Of a DNA stretch of 64,000 nucleotides, positions 40,621 through 49,818 are shown one piece after another. Within the stretch, counting starts at the first letter, position 1. Every line of letters begins with the position of its first letter. The position numbers and the translations under genes are program-made. The notes under the pieces are model-generated. The model did not search any database and was not told the DNA's origin. It worked only from the letters and a program-made list of their open reading frames with translations. This DNA comes from an uncultured Saprospiraceae bacterium (GTDB lineage Bacteria > Bacteroidota > Bacteroidia > Chitinophagales > Saprospiraceae). The stretch is taken from positions 39,033 through 103,032 of the forward strand of contig CAZMSE010000004.1 of NCBI GenBank assembly GCA_964568865.1, given 5' to 3'.

Positions 40621-42126
40621 ATGAAAGACAAATTGCATCATTTAGTCTTTCTGCTGGGGTCGCTATTGATTTTAGCCTCCTGCAGTAAAAAAGGCAACAA
40701 CACCGAATCTTCAGCCACCGGCTGGAAGTACAACGACCCCAAATGGGGTGGGTTCGAAAAGGTTGATTATCAAGGTCAAATCACCGGTCCTAATCTAGTC
40801 CTCATCGAAGGAGGTACTTTTACGATGGGCTTAACGGAAGAGGATGTGACCTATGAATGGAACAACATACCCCGTCGGGTAACGGTATCTTCTTTTTACA
40901 TGGATGAGACCGAAGTTTCCAATATCAACTATCGGGAATACATTTATTGGTTAAACCGGGTTTACAAATCATATCCGGAAGTCTTCCGAAAGGCATTGCC
41001 TGACACGCTGGTGTGGCGTGAAGAATTGGCTTACAATGAGCCATTTGTAGAAACCTATTTCCGATATCCTTCTTATGATGAGTATCCAGTAGTGGGTGTG
41101 AGTTGGTTGCAAGCGGTAGAGTATTGCAAGTGGAGGACTAACCGCGTCAATGAGATGATCCTGATCGAAAAGGGTATTCTCAATCCAAATCCTGAACAGG
41201 TAGATGCCGAGAATTTCAACACGGGTTCTTATCTGGCTGGCCAATATCAGGGCAATGTCCGTAAAAATCTTCCGGATATTCAAACGGGCGGAGAGCGTCC
41301 AGTGCGCTTTGAAGATGGTATATTGTTACCAGAATATCGTCTTCCAACTGAAGCTGAGTGGGAATATGCAGCGCTTGCACTGAAGGGCAAACAATCAGAA
41401 AATAAGGATGAGTTGATTACGGACAGAAGAAATTATCCTTGGGATGGCAATGGTGCCCGCTATAAGCGTAGAGATAAATACATGGGTCAGATTTTAGCGA
41501 ACTTCAAAAGGGCGAATGGAGATTATATGGGTATGGCTGGTCGTTTGAATGACCACGCTCATATTGCCGGTCCAGTAAAATCCTATTATCCAAATGACTT
41601 TGGTCTTTATAATATGGCCGGTAACGTATCTGAATGGGTATCTGATTTATTCAGGCCATTGACCTCCACTACGCTGAGGGATGTTGAAAATCATGACCTA
41701 AACCCATTCCGTGGGAATGAGTTTAAGGAATTGATCCTAGATGAATCCGGCAATCCAGTGGAGAAGGACAGTATTGGTCAATTGACTTATCAAATGGTAC
41801 AAGACTCTGCAGTTGAATTCCGTGAAAACTATAACAAAGGTGATGTAAAAACCTATCGTGACGATGATGATGAGTTGATTAAATACCAATACGGCAAATC
41901 CTCTCTGATCAATGCCAAATCCCGTGTTTACAAAGGAGGATCATGGGCAGACCGTTTGTTCTGGTTGTCTCCAGGAGCAAGAAGATTTAAAGATGAGGAT
42001 AAATCAGACAGAACCATTGGTTTCCGTTGTGCCATGACCAGAACAGGAGGTCCTGAAGGAAATGACGATGCGGGTGGTCTGGAATTTAATCGCAAAGTAC
42101 CAGAAACTAAAAGGGATTTTAAATAA
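40621..42126 (+). CDS. gldJ: gliding motility lipoprotein GldJ (FGE-sulfatase/SUMF1-like fold)
   Basis: Lipobox LILASC (Cys21). SUMF1-type motifs VSWLQAVEYCKWR, NMAGNVSEWV and RVYKGGSWAD. Adjacent to porU/porV and followed by murF, as I recall for Flavobacterium johnsoniae. Confidence 0.85.
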   Translation: MKDKLHHLVFLLGSLLILASCSKKGNNTESSATGWKYNDPKWGGFEKVDYQGQITGPNLVLIEGGTFTMGLTEEDVTYEWNNIPRRVTVSSFYMDETEVSNINYREYIYWLNRVYKSYPEVFRKALPDTLVWREELAYNEPFVETYFRYPSYDEYPVVGVSWLQAVEYCKWRTNRVNEMILIEKGILNPNPEQVDAENFNTGSYLAGQYQGNVRKNLPDIQTGGERPVRFEDGILLPEYRLPTEAEWEYAALALKGKQSENKDELITDRRNYPWDGNGARYKRRDKYMGQILANFKRANGDYMGMAGRLNDHAHIAGPVKSYYPNDFGLYNMAGNVSEWVSDLFRPLTSTTLRDVENHDLNPFRGNEFKELILDESGNPVEKDSIGQLTYQMVQDSAVEFRENYNKGDVKTYRDDDDELIKYQYGKSSLINAKSRVYKGGSWADRLFWLSPGARRFKDEDKSDRTIGFRCAMTRTGGPEGNDDAGGLEFNRKVPETKRDFK

Positions 42127-42152
42127 GTAAAGATTTCTTTCTTAAAATAATG

Positions 42153-42187
42153 AAACTCACAGCATAACTTGCTGTGAGTTTTTTTTT
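42153..42187 (+). terminator. rho-independent terminator after gldJ
   Basis: CUCACAGCA-uaacu-UGCUGUGAG stem followed by 9 T. Confidence 0.8.
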
Positions 42188-42192
42188 AGCCC

Positions 42193-43470
42193 ATGTCACC
42201 ACTATATCAAATTTATTTAGAACAGAGAAGACGTGTTTTTACGGATAGTCGCAAACCCATTGAAGGCGGTATTTTTTTTGCGTTAAAAGGTGACCATTTT
42301 AATGGAAATGCATTTGCCCGAAAAACCCTTGATGGGGGCGCTGCATACGCAGTAGTGGATGAAGATGTCGGGGAAGATAAACGTTTGATCAAAGTACCCG
42401 ATGTTCTTAAAGCACTTCAGGACCTTGCACGAGAAAATCGAAGACACTGCTCTGCGAAAATCATCGGAATTACAGGGACAAATGGTAAAACCACCACGAA
42501 GGAACTATGCCTTCATATCTTTTCCCGTCGATTCAATACGCTGGCAACAGAAGGAAATCTTAATAATCATATTGGTCTACCGTTGACCCTTTTGCGACTG
42601 ACAGAGGAAACAGAATTTGCTTTTATAGAAATGGGTGCCAATCATCCAGGGGACATAAAAGAATTGTGTTCAATTGCTGAACCGGACGCTGGCTTGATCA
42701 CCAATATTGGTAAAGCTCATCTGGAAGGATTTGGATCCCAATTTGGTATTTTGAAAACAAAGTTTGAGTTGTTTGATTATCTCGATGCTCACCAGGGAAT
42801 TTCATTTTATCAATTCAATGATTCATTGATTTATTCCAAATACACAGAAAGTCCCTTGCATATCAGTTATGGCGATTCCGATGACTGCCCGAACGCTAAG
42901 ATCAGGACAAAATTGATCCAAGAATTGCCTGAAATCAAGATGAAATTTGATAACCATATTTTTACTTCATCTTTGTTTGGAAAATACAATTATTACAATC
43001 TCTCTTCTGCCTGCAGTCTGGCTCATTATTTTGGAGTAGATGCATCCATCATCGGAGAAGGAATCGCCGAGTATGTGCCAGGGAATATGCGTTCTCAATG
43101 GACAAGTTACCGGAATTGCAAAATATTATTGGATGCTTACAATGCTAATCCTACCAGTATGCAAGTGGCTTTAGAAGCTTTTGCGCGAATGGACGCACCC
43201 TGCAAGTGGGTAATTTTAGGAGAAATGGCTGAATTGGGAAATGACGCTCAGGCGGAACATGACCATCTCATGGAATGGGTGATCCAAAAAGAATTTGATC
43301 AATGCATTTTCATTGGCGAGCAATATCATCTGCAAAAGCCAAGTAGAAGAATTCAGCAATTTCAGACCTTACAGGATGCTAAGATCTGGTTGCAAAAAAA
43401 TTGGCCTGATCAGGCATTGATGTTCATTAAAGGATCAAGATCTTCTGCCATGGAACAAATCATCCGTTGA
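42193..43470 (+). CDS. murF: UDP-N-acetylmuramoyl-tripeptide--D-alanyl-D-alanine ligase
   Basis: P-loop ITGTNGKTTTKE, ...NNHIGLPLTLL..., DAYNANPTSM. Confidence 0.93.
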   Translation: MSPLYQIYLEQRRRVFTDSRKPIEGGIFFALKGDHFNGNAFARKTLDGGAAYAVVDEDVGEDKRLIKVPDVLKALQDLARENRRHCSAKIIGITGTNGKTTTKELCLHIFSRRFNTLATEGNLNNHIGLPLTLLRLTEETEFAFIEMGANHPGDIKELCSIAEPDAGLITNIGKAHLEGFGSQFGILKTKFELFDYLDAHQGISFYQFNDSLIYSKYTESPLHISYGDSDDCPNAKIRTKLIQELPEIKMKFDNHIFTSSLFGKYNYYNLSSACSLAHYFGVDASIIGEGIAEYVPGNMRSQWTSYRNCKILLDAYNANPTSMQVALEAFARMDAPCKWVILGEMAELGNDAQAEHDHLMEWVIQKEFDQCIFIGEQYHLQKPSRRIQQFQTLQDAKIWLQKNWPDQALMFIKGSRSSAMEQIIR

Positions 43471-44455
43471 TTTTTTCCAATATTCTTTTGGGGATTTGAT
43501 CTTTTGCGGTCATTAAATATTCTTCATAGGTACAGGGAATGAGTTGATTGGCAAATTCATTGTCTATCAGAGGTTCTTCAAACCACCATTTGCCAGAGTT
43601 TTCAGATTTATAAAAGTTTATTACATAATCGATTTGATGAAGTTGTACTCGATATTGGGTAAGTTGATCTTTGTTAAACGACTTATCAAGGTGTTTTAAG
43701 TGACATCCTTCCCAAAAGTACCAAATCATTTGAGCGACCAATTGTGCAGTCACTGCATGCACATCTTTTGGTTCGTCCCAATCTGAAATCATTAAGCATT
43801 TCACGCGATCGCCCATACCCATCATGCGGCTTATACCAGCGGCTTCTTCAGCATGAAGACCGCTAGGATTGAGCGAATAATTCGCAGGACAATCGGAATA
43901 TCGAATGGCATTGAGATCAAAATAAATCATTTCGGACATCCGGATAAACGGTTCAATGCAATTGGATGAAGTTCGGATTTCTCCCAATCGAATGCTCTGA
44001 AGTACAGGTGAATTAAATTCCGATTGAATGTGCCTTTGGTACCCCAACAAATGTAGGTTTTTAAGGTATATAGAATTTAAATCTGCATGTGCGCAAGTTG
44101 AAGTTTTATCGGAAACTAAACCAATGCGATATGGATGAAAATTCTGATCATAACATCTTTGCATCCCTGCAATCCATTCTGGACTACATCCTGTCAAAAC
44201 TATGGTCTTATCTTCCTGGTACATCAGTTGATAGAGCATCCTGCAATGCTCATCCATATCGGCAGGATTGAGTATACCGCCATAGCAAATGCCTTCTTGC
44301 TCAAAATATGATGATGTCAACTCTGTAAGACAATCCATCAAAACAGATCGATAACCTGTGTCAATTTGAAAAAGTATCCATTTGGCATTTGGCAAACGGT
44401 AGTAATTTGCAGACTGTTTTGAAAACAGAGATCCGAGATCCATTTGGTTTTGCAT
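43460..44455 (-). CDS. arginase/ureohydrolase-fold protein with degenerate metal-binding motifs plus a ~90-aa C-terminal extension; function unknown
   Basis: By-eye alignment to arginase family motifs: VLTGCSPE for (V)LGGDHS, CAHADLN for DAHxDxN, and IYFDLNAIRYSD...PSGLHAEEA...LMISDWDE for SFDxDxLDP...GGLTxxE...xDxVEvNP. Confidence 0.45.
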   Translation of the reverse strand: MQNQMDLGSLFSKQSANYYRLPNAKWILFQIDTGYRSVLMDCLTELTSSYFEQEGICYGGILNPADMDEHCRMLYQLMYQEDKTIVLTGCSPEWIAGMQRCYDQNFHPYRIGLVSDKTSTCAHADLNSIYLKNLHLLGYQRHIQSEFNSPVLQSIRLGEIRTSSNCIEPFIRMSEMIYFDLNAIRYSDCPANYSLNPSGLHAEEAAGISRMMGMGDRVKCLMISDWDEPKDVHAVTAQLVAQMIWYFWEGCHLKHLDKSFNKDQLTQYRVQLHQIDYVINFYKSENSGKWWFEEPLIDNEFANQLIPCTYEEYLMTAKDQIPKRILEKING

Positions 44456-44548
44456 GCGGATAATATGGTTTATTGGACAAAAACAATTTTCCGGAACAAA
44501 AATACGTATTAAATTTTATTTTAATATATAAGATATAGAACTTTCAGA

Positions 44549-45766
44549 ATGAAATCATTGGATGCATATTTGAAAAAGGAGCCTGAAATTACATTTGAAT
44601 GGCATGATCCTGAAACAGGGGCGACAGGTTGGTTAATCATGAATTCTTTGAAAGGTGGAGCTGCCGGAGGAGGGACGCGTATGCGAAAAGGACTGACCCG
44701 TCAAGAGGTCCTGGAGTTGGCAAAAACTATGGAAATCAAATTCAATGTATGTGGCCCTGCAATTGGCGGTGGAAAATCAGGAATTGATTTTGATCCTACC
44801 GATCCCAGAAAGAAAGAGGTATTAAAAAGATGGTTCACAGCCGTAAAGCCATTGCTGATGAATTATTATGGTACTGGAGGGGATCTAAATGTTGATGAAC
44901 GGCAGGATGTAAGCCCGATATTTCATGACCTCGGTTTGTATCACGTACAGCAAGGGGTACTTTCAGGCCATTTCGCATTGAGCCCCGAACTAAGTAAGCT
45001 AAGGCTTCAGCGACTTAGCGAAGGAACAAGTTTGGTTGTTCGCGATCCGAAGTGGAGCCCCAGTCCACATACAAACGAATTTACGACCATGGACCTCATA
45101 ACAGGTTATGGTGTTTACTGTTCAATAAAAGCTTATTACAAACATCAGGGATTGGAAACCCTCCAAGGAAAACGGTTTTACATTCAGGGGTGGGGAAATG
45201 TGGGAGCAGCGGCAGGTTGGTACATTGCTCAGGATGGAGGACTATTGGTGCTCATTCAGGATAAATCGACTTATGCATTTAATGAGGAAGGATTTCGATT
45301 TGGTGAAATCAACGGATTGTTGCAAAACCGGAAAGGCAATCATTTACCTTCTGATTTTGGGATGAATGGCACAGTGCCTGATGAGATCATGGAGCATTTG
45401 GCCATCGATTGTTTTGTCCCGGCAGCAGCTTCACGGTTGGTAAAAGCCCGCCAGGTTCACACGATGATGAAAAATGGATTGGAGTTGATTTCTTGTGGAG
45501 CGAATGTACCTTTTGATGAAACCGCCATCATTTATGGAGATGTATCCAGGGAATTGGATGAGTGCCTTGCCATACTTCCTGATTTTATTGCTAACTGCGG
45601 GGTGGCGCGATTATTTTCCTTTTTGATGTCAAATGATGGGCCGGTGAAAGAGGAAGAAGTTTTTAATGACGTTAATGAGGTGGTTGGTCAGGCAGTGCAA
45701 AAAATATTAGAAGCTGCCAAAAAACCACGAAATCTGATTGCAACCGCACTCGAAAATTATCTTTAA
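44549..45766 (+). CDS. Glu/Leu/Phe/Val dehydrogenase family protein (NAD(P)-dependent amino-acid dehydrogenase)
   Basis: Substrate-domain motifs KGGAAGGGTRM and GPAIGGGKSGIDFDP (catalytic Lys). Dinucleotide fold IQGWGNVGAAAG. Confidence 0.8.
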   Translation: MKSLDAYLKKEPEITFEWHDPETGATGWLIMNSLKGGAAGGGTRMRKGLTRQEVLELAKTMEIKFNVCGPAIGGGKSGIDFDPTDPRKKEVLKRWFTAVKPLLMNYYGTGGDLNVDERQDVSPIFHDLGLYHVQQGVLSGHFALSPELSKLRLQRLSEGTSLVVRDPKWSPSPHTNEFTTMDLITGYGVYCSIKAYYKHQGLETLQGKRFYIQGWGNVGAAAGWYIAQDGGLLVLIQDKSTYAFNEEGFRFGEINGLLQNRKGNHLPSDFGMNGTVPDEIMEHLAIDCFVPAAASRLVKARQVHTMMKNGLELISCGANVPFDETAIIYGDVSRELDECLAILPDFIANCGVARLFSFLMSNDGPVKEEEVFNDVNEVVGQAVQKILEAAKKPRNLIATALENYL

Positions 45767-45853
45767 TATTGATTTAATATGCAGATATTGAATTAATTAT
45801 AAATTTTATATTTTTTTTATATAGGCATGACTTAAAATGGCCGGGTTTTTGTA

Positions 45854-45861
45854 TAACTTTG
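45854..45861 (+). promoter_or_regulatory. candidate -7 box (TAACTTTG) upstream of the OmpA-family gene
   Basis: Exact TAnnTTTG 44 nt before ATG 45905. Confidence 0.3.
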
Positions 45862-45904
45862 TATAGCTTAATAGATTTAAGCGCTTCATACAACAAACTC
45901 TGAT

Positions 45905-47779
45905 ATGCGTCATGGTTTAACTTTCATAATAACCGTGGTTTTTTTGCTCAACTTGTCCTGGGGCCAACAGGTGGACACTATGGCTAAGCAAGAAAACGTC
46001 ATAATGCCTGCCGGGCAAAATAATCCTACACCCATTAAAGACACGAGTCGCCTCGATACTGTCAAAACGCTTGAGATTGCTCAATTTTCAATTGCCCAGG
46101 GAGCTGATGCCAACTGGAAATCTGGAAAATCAAAATATCCTCCTAAGCCAAAGCACATGTGGGAAATCGGATTAGGAGTTGGGCATTATTTTATCAGTGG
46201 AGACGTTGACCCAAAGTATCCTGGTTATGGGTTTACTTTACATCTCAGAAGAGCCTTGCATTATGCATTTTCAATCCGGATGGAGGCTTTTTATGGCGTA
46301 GCGTATGGTTTGGAACCTCAACCTTATACTTCAGCTTTGGACAATGAACAGGAAGTTTTTAAGGGCTATGGAACCAATTCAGCGGGCAATGCCTGGTTTC
46401 CCTCTTACAAAACACAGTATTTTCATGGTTCTATTCAAGGAATAGTCAATATCGGCAACATCTTATTTCATAAAGACCGGAACGTTTGGAATTGGTATGC
46501 ATTCATTGGATTGGGATTGGATCACAACATCACCAAACTTGATTTAAGGGATCGTTCAGGAAATGTTTATACCAATCTCAGTAACCGTGTCAATTTTAAT
46601 GTCGACGATTTCAATACCCGTAAGGGAAGGGCGAGAATTAAAGATGAACTGAATTCAATTTATGACGGTGAATATGAAACCGAAGCCTACAAAAAGAAAG
46701 GTATTTTCAGGTTTGGGGATGACTTCAATGCTCATATTTTGTTTCAAGGAGGTGTAGGTGTTTCAAGAAAAATCAATCGCCGCATAAATATTGCATTAGA
46801 ACACCAAATTGGATTGACGGACAATGATTATCTGGACGGAATTATCTGGAGAAGCAATTTAGACCAGACCAACGAAAATGATGTACAACATTATACGAAT
46901 CTACGCTTAGCCATTAACCTTGGAAGCTTCAAGAATAAAAAGGAACCCCTGTATTGGTTAAATCCTTTAGATGCCGTAATGCAGGACATTGCGGATCTCA
47001 AAAAAAGACCTGTGTTTGATCCAACAGATTCTGATAAAGATGGTGTCATAGATTTATTGGATCAGGACGATGCCACACCTGCTGGCGCGCCGGTTGATAC
47101 CCGGGGTCTTGCTTTGGACAGTGATAATGACGGTATTGTTGATTATCAGGATGCAGAACCATTTTCACCTCCAGGGGCAAAAGTGAATGAGAAAGGTGTA
47201 TCCATCACGCCTCCTGGAATTTCAGAAGGGGATGTCAGAAATATCATTGATAAAAGACTGGGAATCCCACCCGGTATGGCGGATGGCGATGCAGGAAAAT
47301 TCTTAACTTCCAACGTAGATTGGTTTTTACCTATGATTCATTTTAATTTAGATGAATACTGCGTATTGGAAAAATATGCTCCTCAACTGGCAGCGGTAGC
47401 CCAGGTGATGAATACATATCCCAGTATTAAAATCATTGTACACGGACATACTGATATTCGGCATTCAAATGTTTATAACAGCGTTCTATCCTATCAAAGA
47501 GCCTTTGAAGCCATTGAATACCTGGTCAATGTATATCACATTTCCAGGGAACGCCTGATCCTTCAATATGGAGGGGAAGAGCACCCATTGGGAGGCCATA
47601 AATCCAATCATCTGATCAACAGAAGGGTTGAGTTCCGTTTAGCGAGCACAAATGATAAGGAAATGAGTAGGCCAATTGGACCAAAGGCCGGTGCCTGTCA
47701 TAAAAGAAAGCCCTCATTGAAATCAGCTCCCAAGTCTCAGGAATTGGATAAAAAGCAAGAAAAACAGTCAGGATTTTAG
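45905..47779 (+). CDS. OmpA family outer-membrane protein with thrombospondin type-3 (calcium-binding) repeats
   Basis: Signal peptide, then a ~340-aa Tyr/Gly-rich putative barrel, then DSDKDGVIDLLDQDD and DSDNDGIVDYQDAEP repeats. The C-terminal OmpA domain is GHTD...LSYQRAFEAIEYL...NRRVEF. Confidence 0.85.
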   Translation: MRHGLTFIITVVFLLNLSWGQQVDTMAKQENVIMPAGQNNPTPIKDTSRLDTVKTLEIAQFSIAQGADANWKSGKSKYPPKPKHMWEIGLGVGHYFISGDVDPKYPGYGFTLHLRRALHYAFSIRMEAFYGVAYGLEPQPYTSALDNEQEVFKGYGTNSAGNAWFPSYKTQYFHGSIQGIVNIGNILFHKDRNVWNWYAFIGLGLDHNITKLDLRDRSGNVYTNLSNRVNFNVDDFNTRKGRARIKDELNSIYDGEYETEAYKKKGIFRFGDDFNAHILFQGGVGVSRKINRRINIALEHQIGLTDNDYLDGIIWRSNLDQTNENDVQHYTNLRLAINLGSFKNKKEPLYWLNPLDAVMQDIADLKKRPVFDPTDSDKDGVIDLLDQDDATPAGAPVDTRGLALDSDNDGIVDYQDAEPFSPPGAKVNEKGVSITPPGISEGDVRNIIDKRLGIPPGMADGDAGKFLTSNVDWFLPMIHFNLDEYCVLEKYAPQLAAVAQVMNTYPSIKIIVHGHTDIRHSNVYNSVLSYQRAFEAIEYLVNVYHISRERLILQYGGEEHPLGGHKSNHLINRRVEFRLASTNDKEMSRPIGPKAGACHKRKPSLKSAPKSQELDKKQEKQSGF

Positions 47780-47850
47780 TTCATTCATGAACTTCAATTG
47801 AGCTCATTACGCCATTGAATGAAACCCTCCCAGCCTGGAATTCGATAAGA

Positions 47851-49065
47851 TTATAACAACATGGTTACGGGTTGCTCCAGCAGGCTTTTTACGGTTTGTA
47901 AAAACTTAGCTCCTGTTGCCCCATCTACCGCGCGATGGTCGCAAGACAAGGTAATTCGCATACGTTGAGAAATGGTTATCTGGTCATTTACGACGGCTGG
48001 TTTTTTGACAATGGATCCAACGGCAAGAATACATGCATCCGGAGGATTAATGATGGCAGTAAATTGGTCAATGTCGTACATTCCTAAATTGGAAATTGTA
48101 AACGTATTACCTTGCATCTCCTCCAGGGCTAGTTTTCGGTCTTTTGCCCTGACCGCTTTATCTGAAATTTCCTCTTTCAATTCCAGCAACGACTTCTGGT
48201 CAGCATCTTTAACAACAGGTACCACCAAACCATCTTCTATAGCTACCGCAACTCCGATATGGATAGCCCCGTGATAAACCATTTTGTCCCCTAACCATGA
48301 AACATTAACACCTGGATTACTGCGGAGTGCTAATGCGCATGCTTTGACTATGAGATCATTGTAGGATATCTTGGAAGGAGAAATTTCGTTAAGTTGAGTC
48401 CGTGCGGATACACAAGCATCCATATTCACTTCTGTGGTGAGGTAAAAATGTGGCGAAGTAAATTTACTTTCAGACAATCTCCGCGCAATTGTTTTTCTCA
48501 TCTGATTCAATTCGATGGAACGATCATCCCGTTGAACATAAGTTGAAGCATTGGAGGGTGGCGCAGTTGACGGAGTAGACTTAATTTGTTCAACATCCCT
48601 TTTGACAATGCGACCTTGATCCCCGGTCCCTGACAAATTCGAAATATCGATTCCAAGTTCTTTTGCCATAGATTTAGCCAATGGAGATATTTTAATTCGG
48701 CTATCGGTTTCAACTGTCTTGGATTCTTTCGATGGAGCTGCCTGTGTTGTAGTAGAATTCTCCTCTTTATTGGGAGTGACCTTTTGAGCGACAGACACTT
48801 GTGCACCTAACAAATGTTCAAAAGATTCGTTTGCTTTGCCGACAATGGCAATGAGTCCATCCACAGGAACAGCACCGCTGGATACAGCAATATGCAATAA
48901 TACTCCTTCCTCAAATGCTTCAAGATCCATGGTGGCTTTATCAGTCTCCACTTCTGCCAAAACATCTCCGGGTTTTACCACGTCTCCAACTTTCTTATTC
49001 CAGGTTTTGATAAATCCTTCAGTCATGGTGTCAGAAAGCCGGGGCATTTTGATAAGAGTGGCCAT
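47851..49065 (-). CDS. 2-oxoacid dehydrogenase complex E2 (dihydrolipoyllysine-residue acyltransferase), single lipoyl domain
   Basis: Lipoyl motif EVETDKATMDLEA, E3-binding domain PLAKSMAKELGIDIS, catalytic SCDHRAVDG. Start set at ATG 49065 (MATLIKMPRLSDTM), consistent with the -7 box at 49081-49088. Confidence 0.92.
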   Translation of the reverse strand: MATLIKMPRLSDTMTEGFIKTWNKKVGDVVKPGDVLAEVETDKATMDLEAFEEGVLLHIAVSSGAVPVDGLIAIVGKANESFEHLLGAQVSVAQKVTPNKEENSTTTQAAPSKESKTVETDSRIKISPLAKSMAKELGIDISNLSGTGDQGRIVKRDVEQIKSTPSTAPPSNASTYVQRDDRSIELNQMRKTIARRLSESKFTSPHFYLTTEVNMDACVSARTQLNEISPSKISYNDLIVKACALALRSNPGVNVSWLGDKMVYHGAIHIGVAVAIEDGLVVPVVKDADQKSLLELKEEISDKAVRAKDRKLALEEMQGNTFTISNLGMYDIDQFTAIINPPDACILAVGSIVKKPAVVNDQITISQRMRITLSCDHRAVDGATGAKFLQTVKSLLEQPVTMLL

Positions 49066-49080
49066 TTTACTAATTTTTGG

Positions 49081-49088
49081 CAAAATTA
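49081..49088 (-). promoter_or_regulatory. candidate -7 box (TAATTTTG on the minus strand) of the E2 gene
   Basis: The + strand reads CAAAATTA. It lies inside the track's extended ORF, 16 nt upstream of ATG 49065. Confidence 0.3.
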
Positions 49089-49194
49089 AATCATTCTTAT
49101 GGATTTCCTGTATCGCCAAATGAAATGCCCGTTATCGCTTATTTGTCTATTCAATCAATCGCTTATGAATTATTAAAGTTCATAATTTTAGGCC

Positions 49195-49818
49195 ATGAAT
49201 CAAATATCAACTGTTCTGGAGCAGGCGGTATCGGAATTGAGTCGATTACCTGGAATTGGACGTAAAACGGCATTGAGATTAGTACTACACCTTGCTCAGC
49301 AAGACAAAGCCATCATCCATCAATTAGCCGATGGGATTCGCCATTTGGCAACCGACTTAAAAATCTGTTCGCAGTGTTATGCCTACAGTGATCAAGAAAT
49401 TTGTAACATTTGTGAAAACCCAATGAGAGATTCAAGTACGCTTTGTATCATTGAATCCGTAAGAGACTTATTTGCCATTGAAGAAACGCAAACCTATCGC
49501 GGGAAATATCATGTCCTTGGGGGACTGATTTCACCTTTGGATGGGATAGGACCTGAAAAGCTAAACATACAGTCTTTGTTTGACAAAATTACAGGAGGCA
49601 ATGTTGCCGAAATCATCTTGGCGATTCGTCCAACGATCGAAGGAGAAACTACCGCATATTACATCCATAAGAATTTACCGGTTTCCAGCGTTAAAATGAC
49701 AATGCTGGCAAGAGGCGTTTCTTTTGGTTCTGAACTTGAATATGCTGATGAATTGACATTAACGCGTTCAATGGCTAATAGAACAACTTATCAGATTTAC
49801 GACAATGCTACGAGGTGA
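49195..49818 (+). CDS. recR: recombination mediator protein RecR
   Basis: HhH LPGIGRKTALRL, C4 finger CSQCYAYSDQEICNIC, Toprim domain. Confidence 0.95.
   Translation: MNQISTVLEQAVSELSRLPGIGRKTALRLVLHLAQQDKAIIHQLADGIRHLATDLKICSQCYAYSDQEICNICENPMRDSSTLCIIESVRDLFAIEETQTYRGKYHVLGGLISPLDGIGPEKLNIQSLFDKITGGNVAEIILAIRPTIEGETTAYYIHKNLPVSSVKMTMLARGVSFGSELEYADELTLTRSMANRTTYQIYDNATR

Noticed and set aside
47780-47823. Inverted repeat TTCATTCA...TGAATGAA and an internal TGAGCTCA palindrome between the convergent OmpA-family and E2 genes.
   Set aside because: The stems are 8 bp with a 28-nt loop and no U-tract on either strand. It cannot be distinguished from chance in AT-rich spacer.
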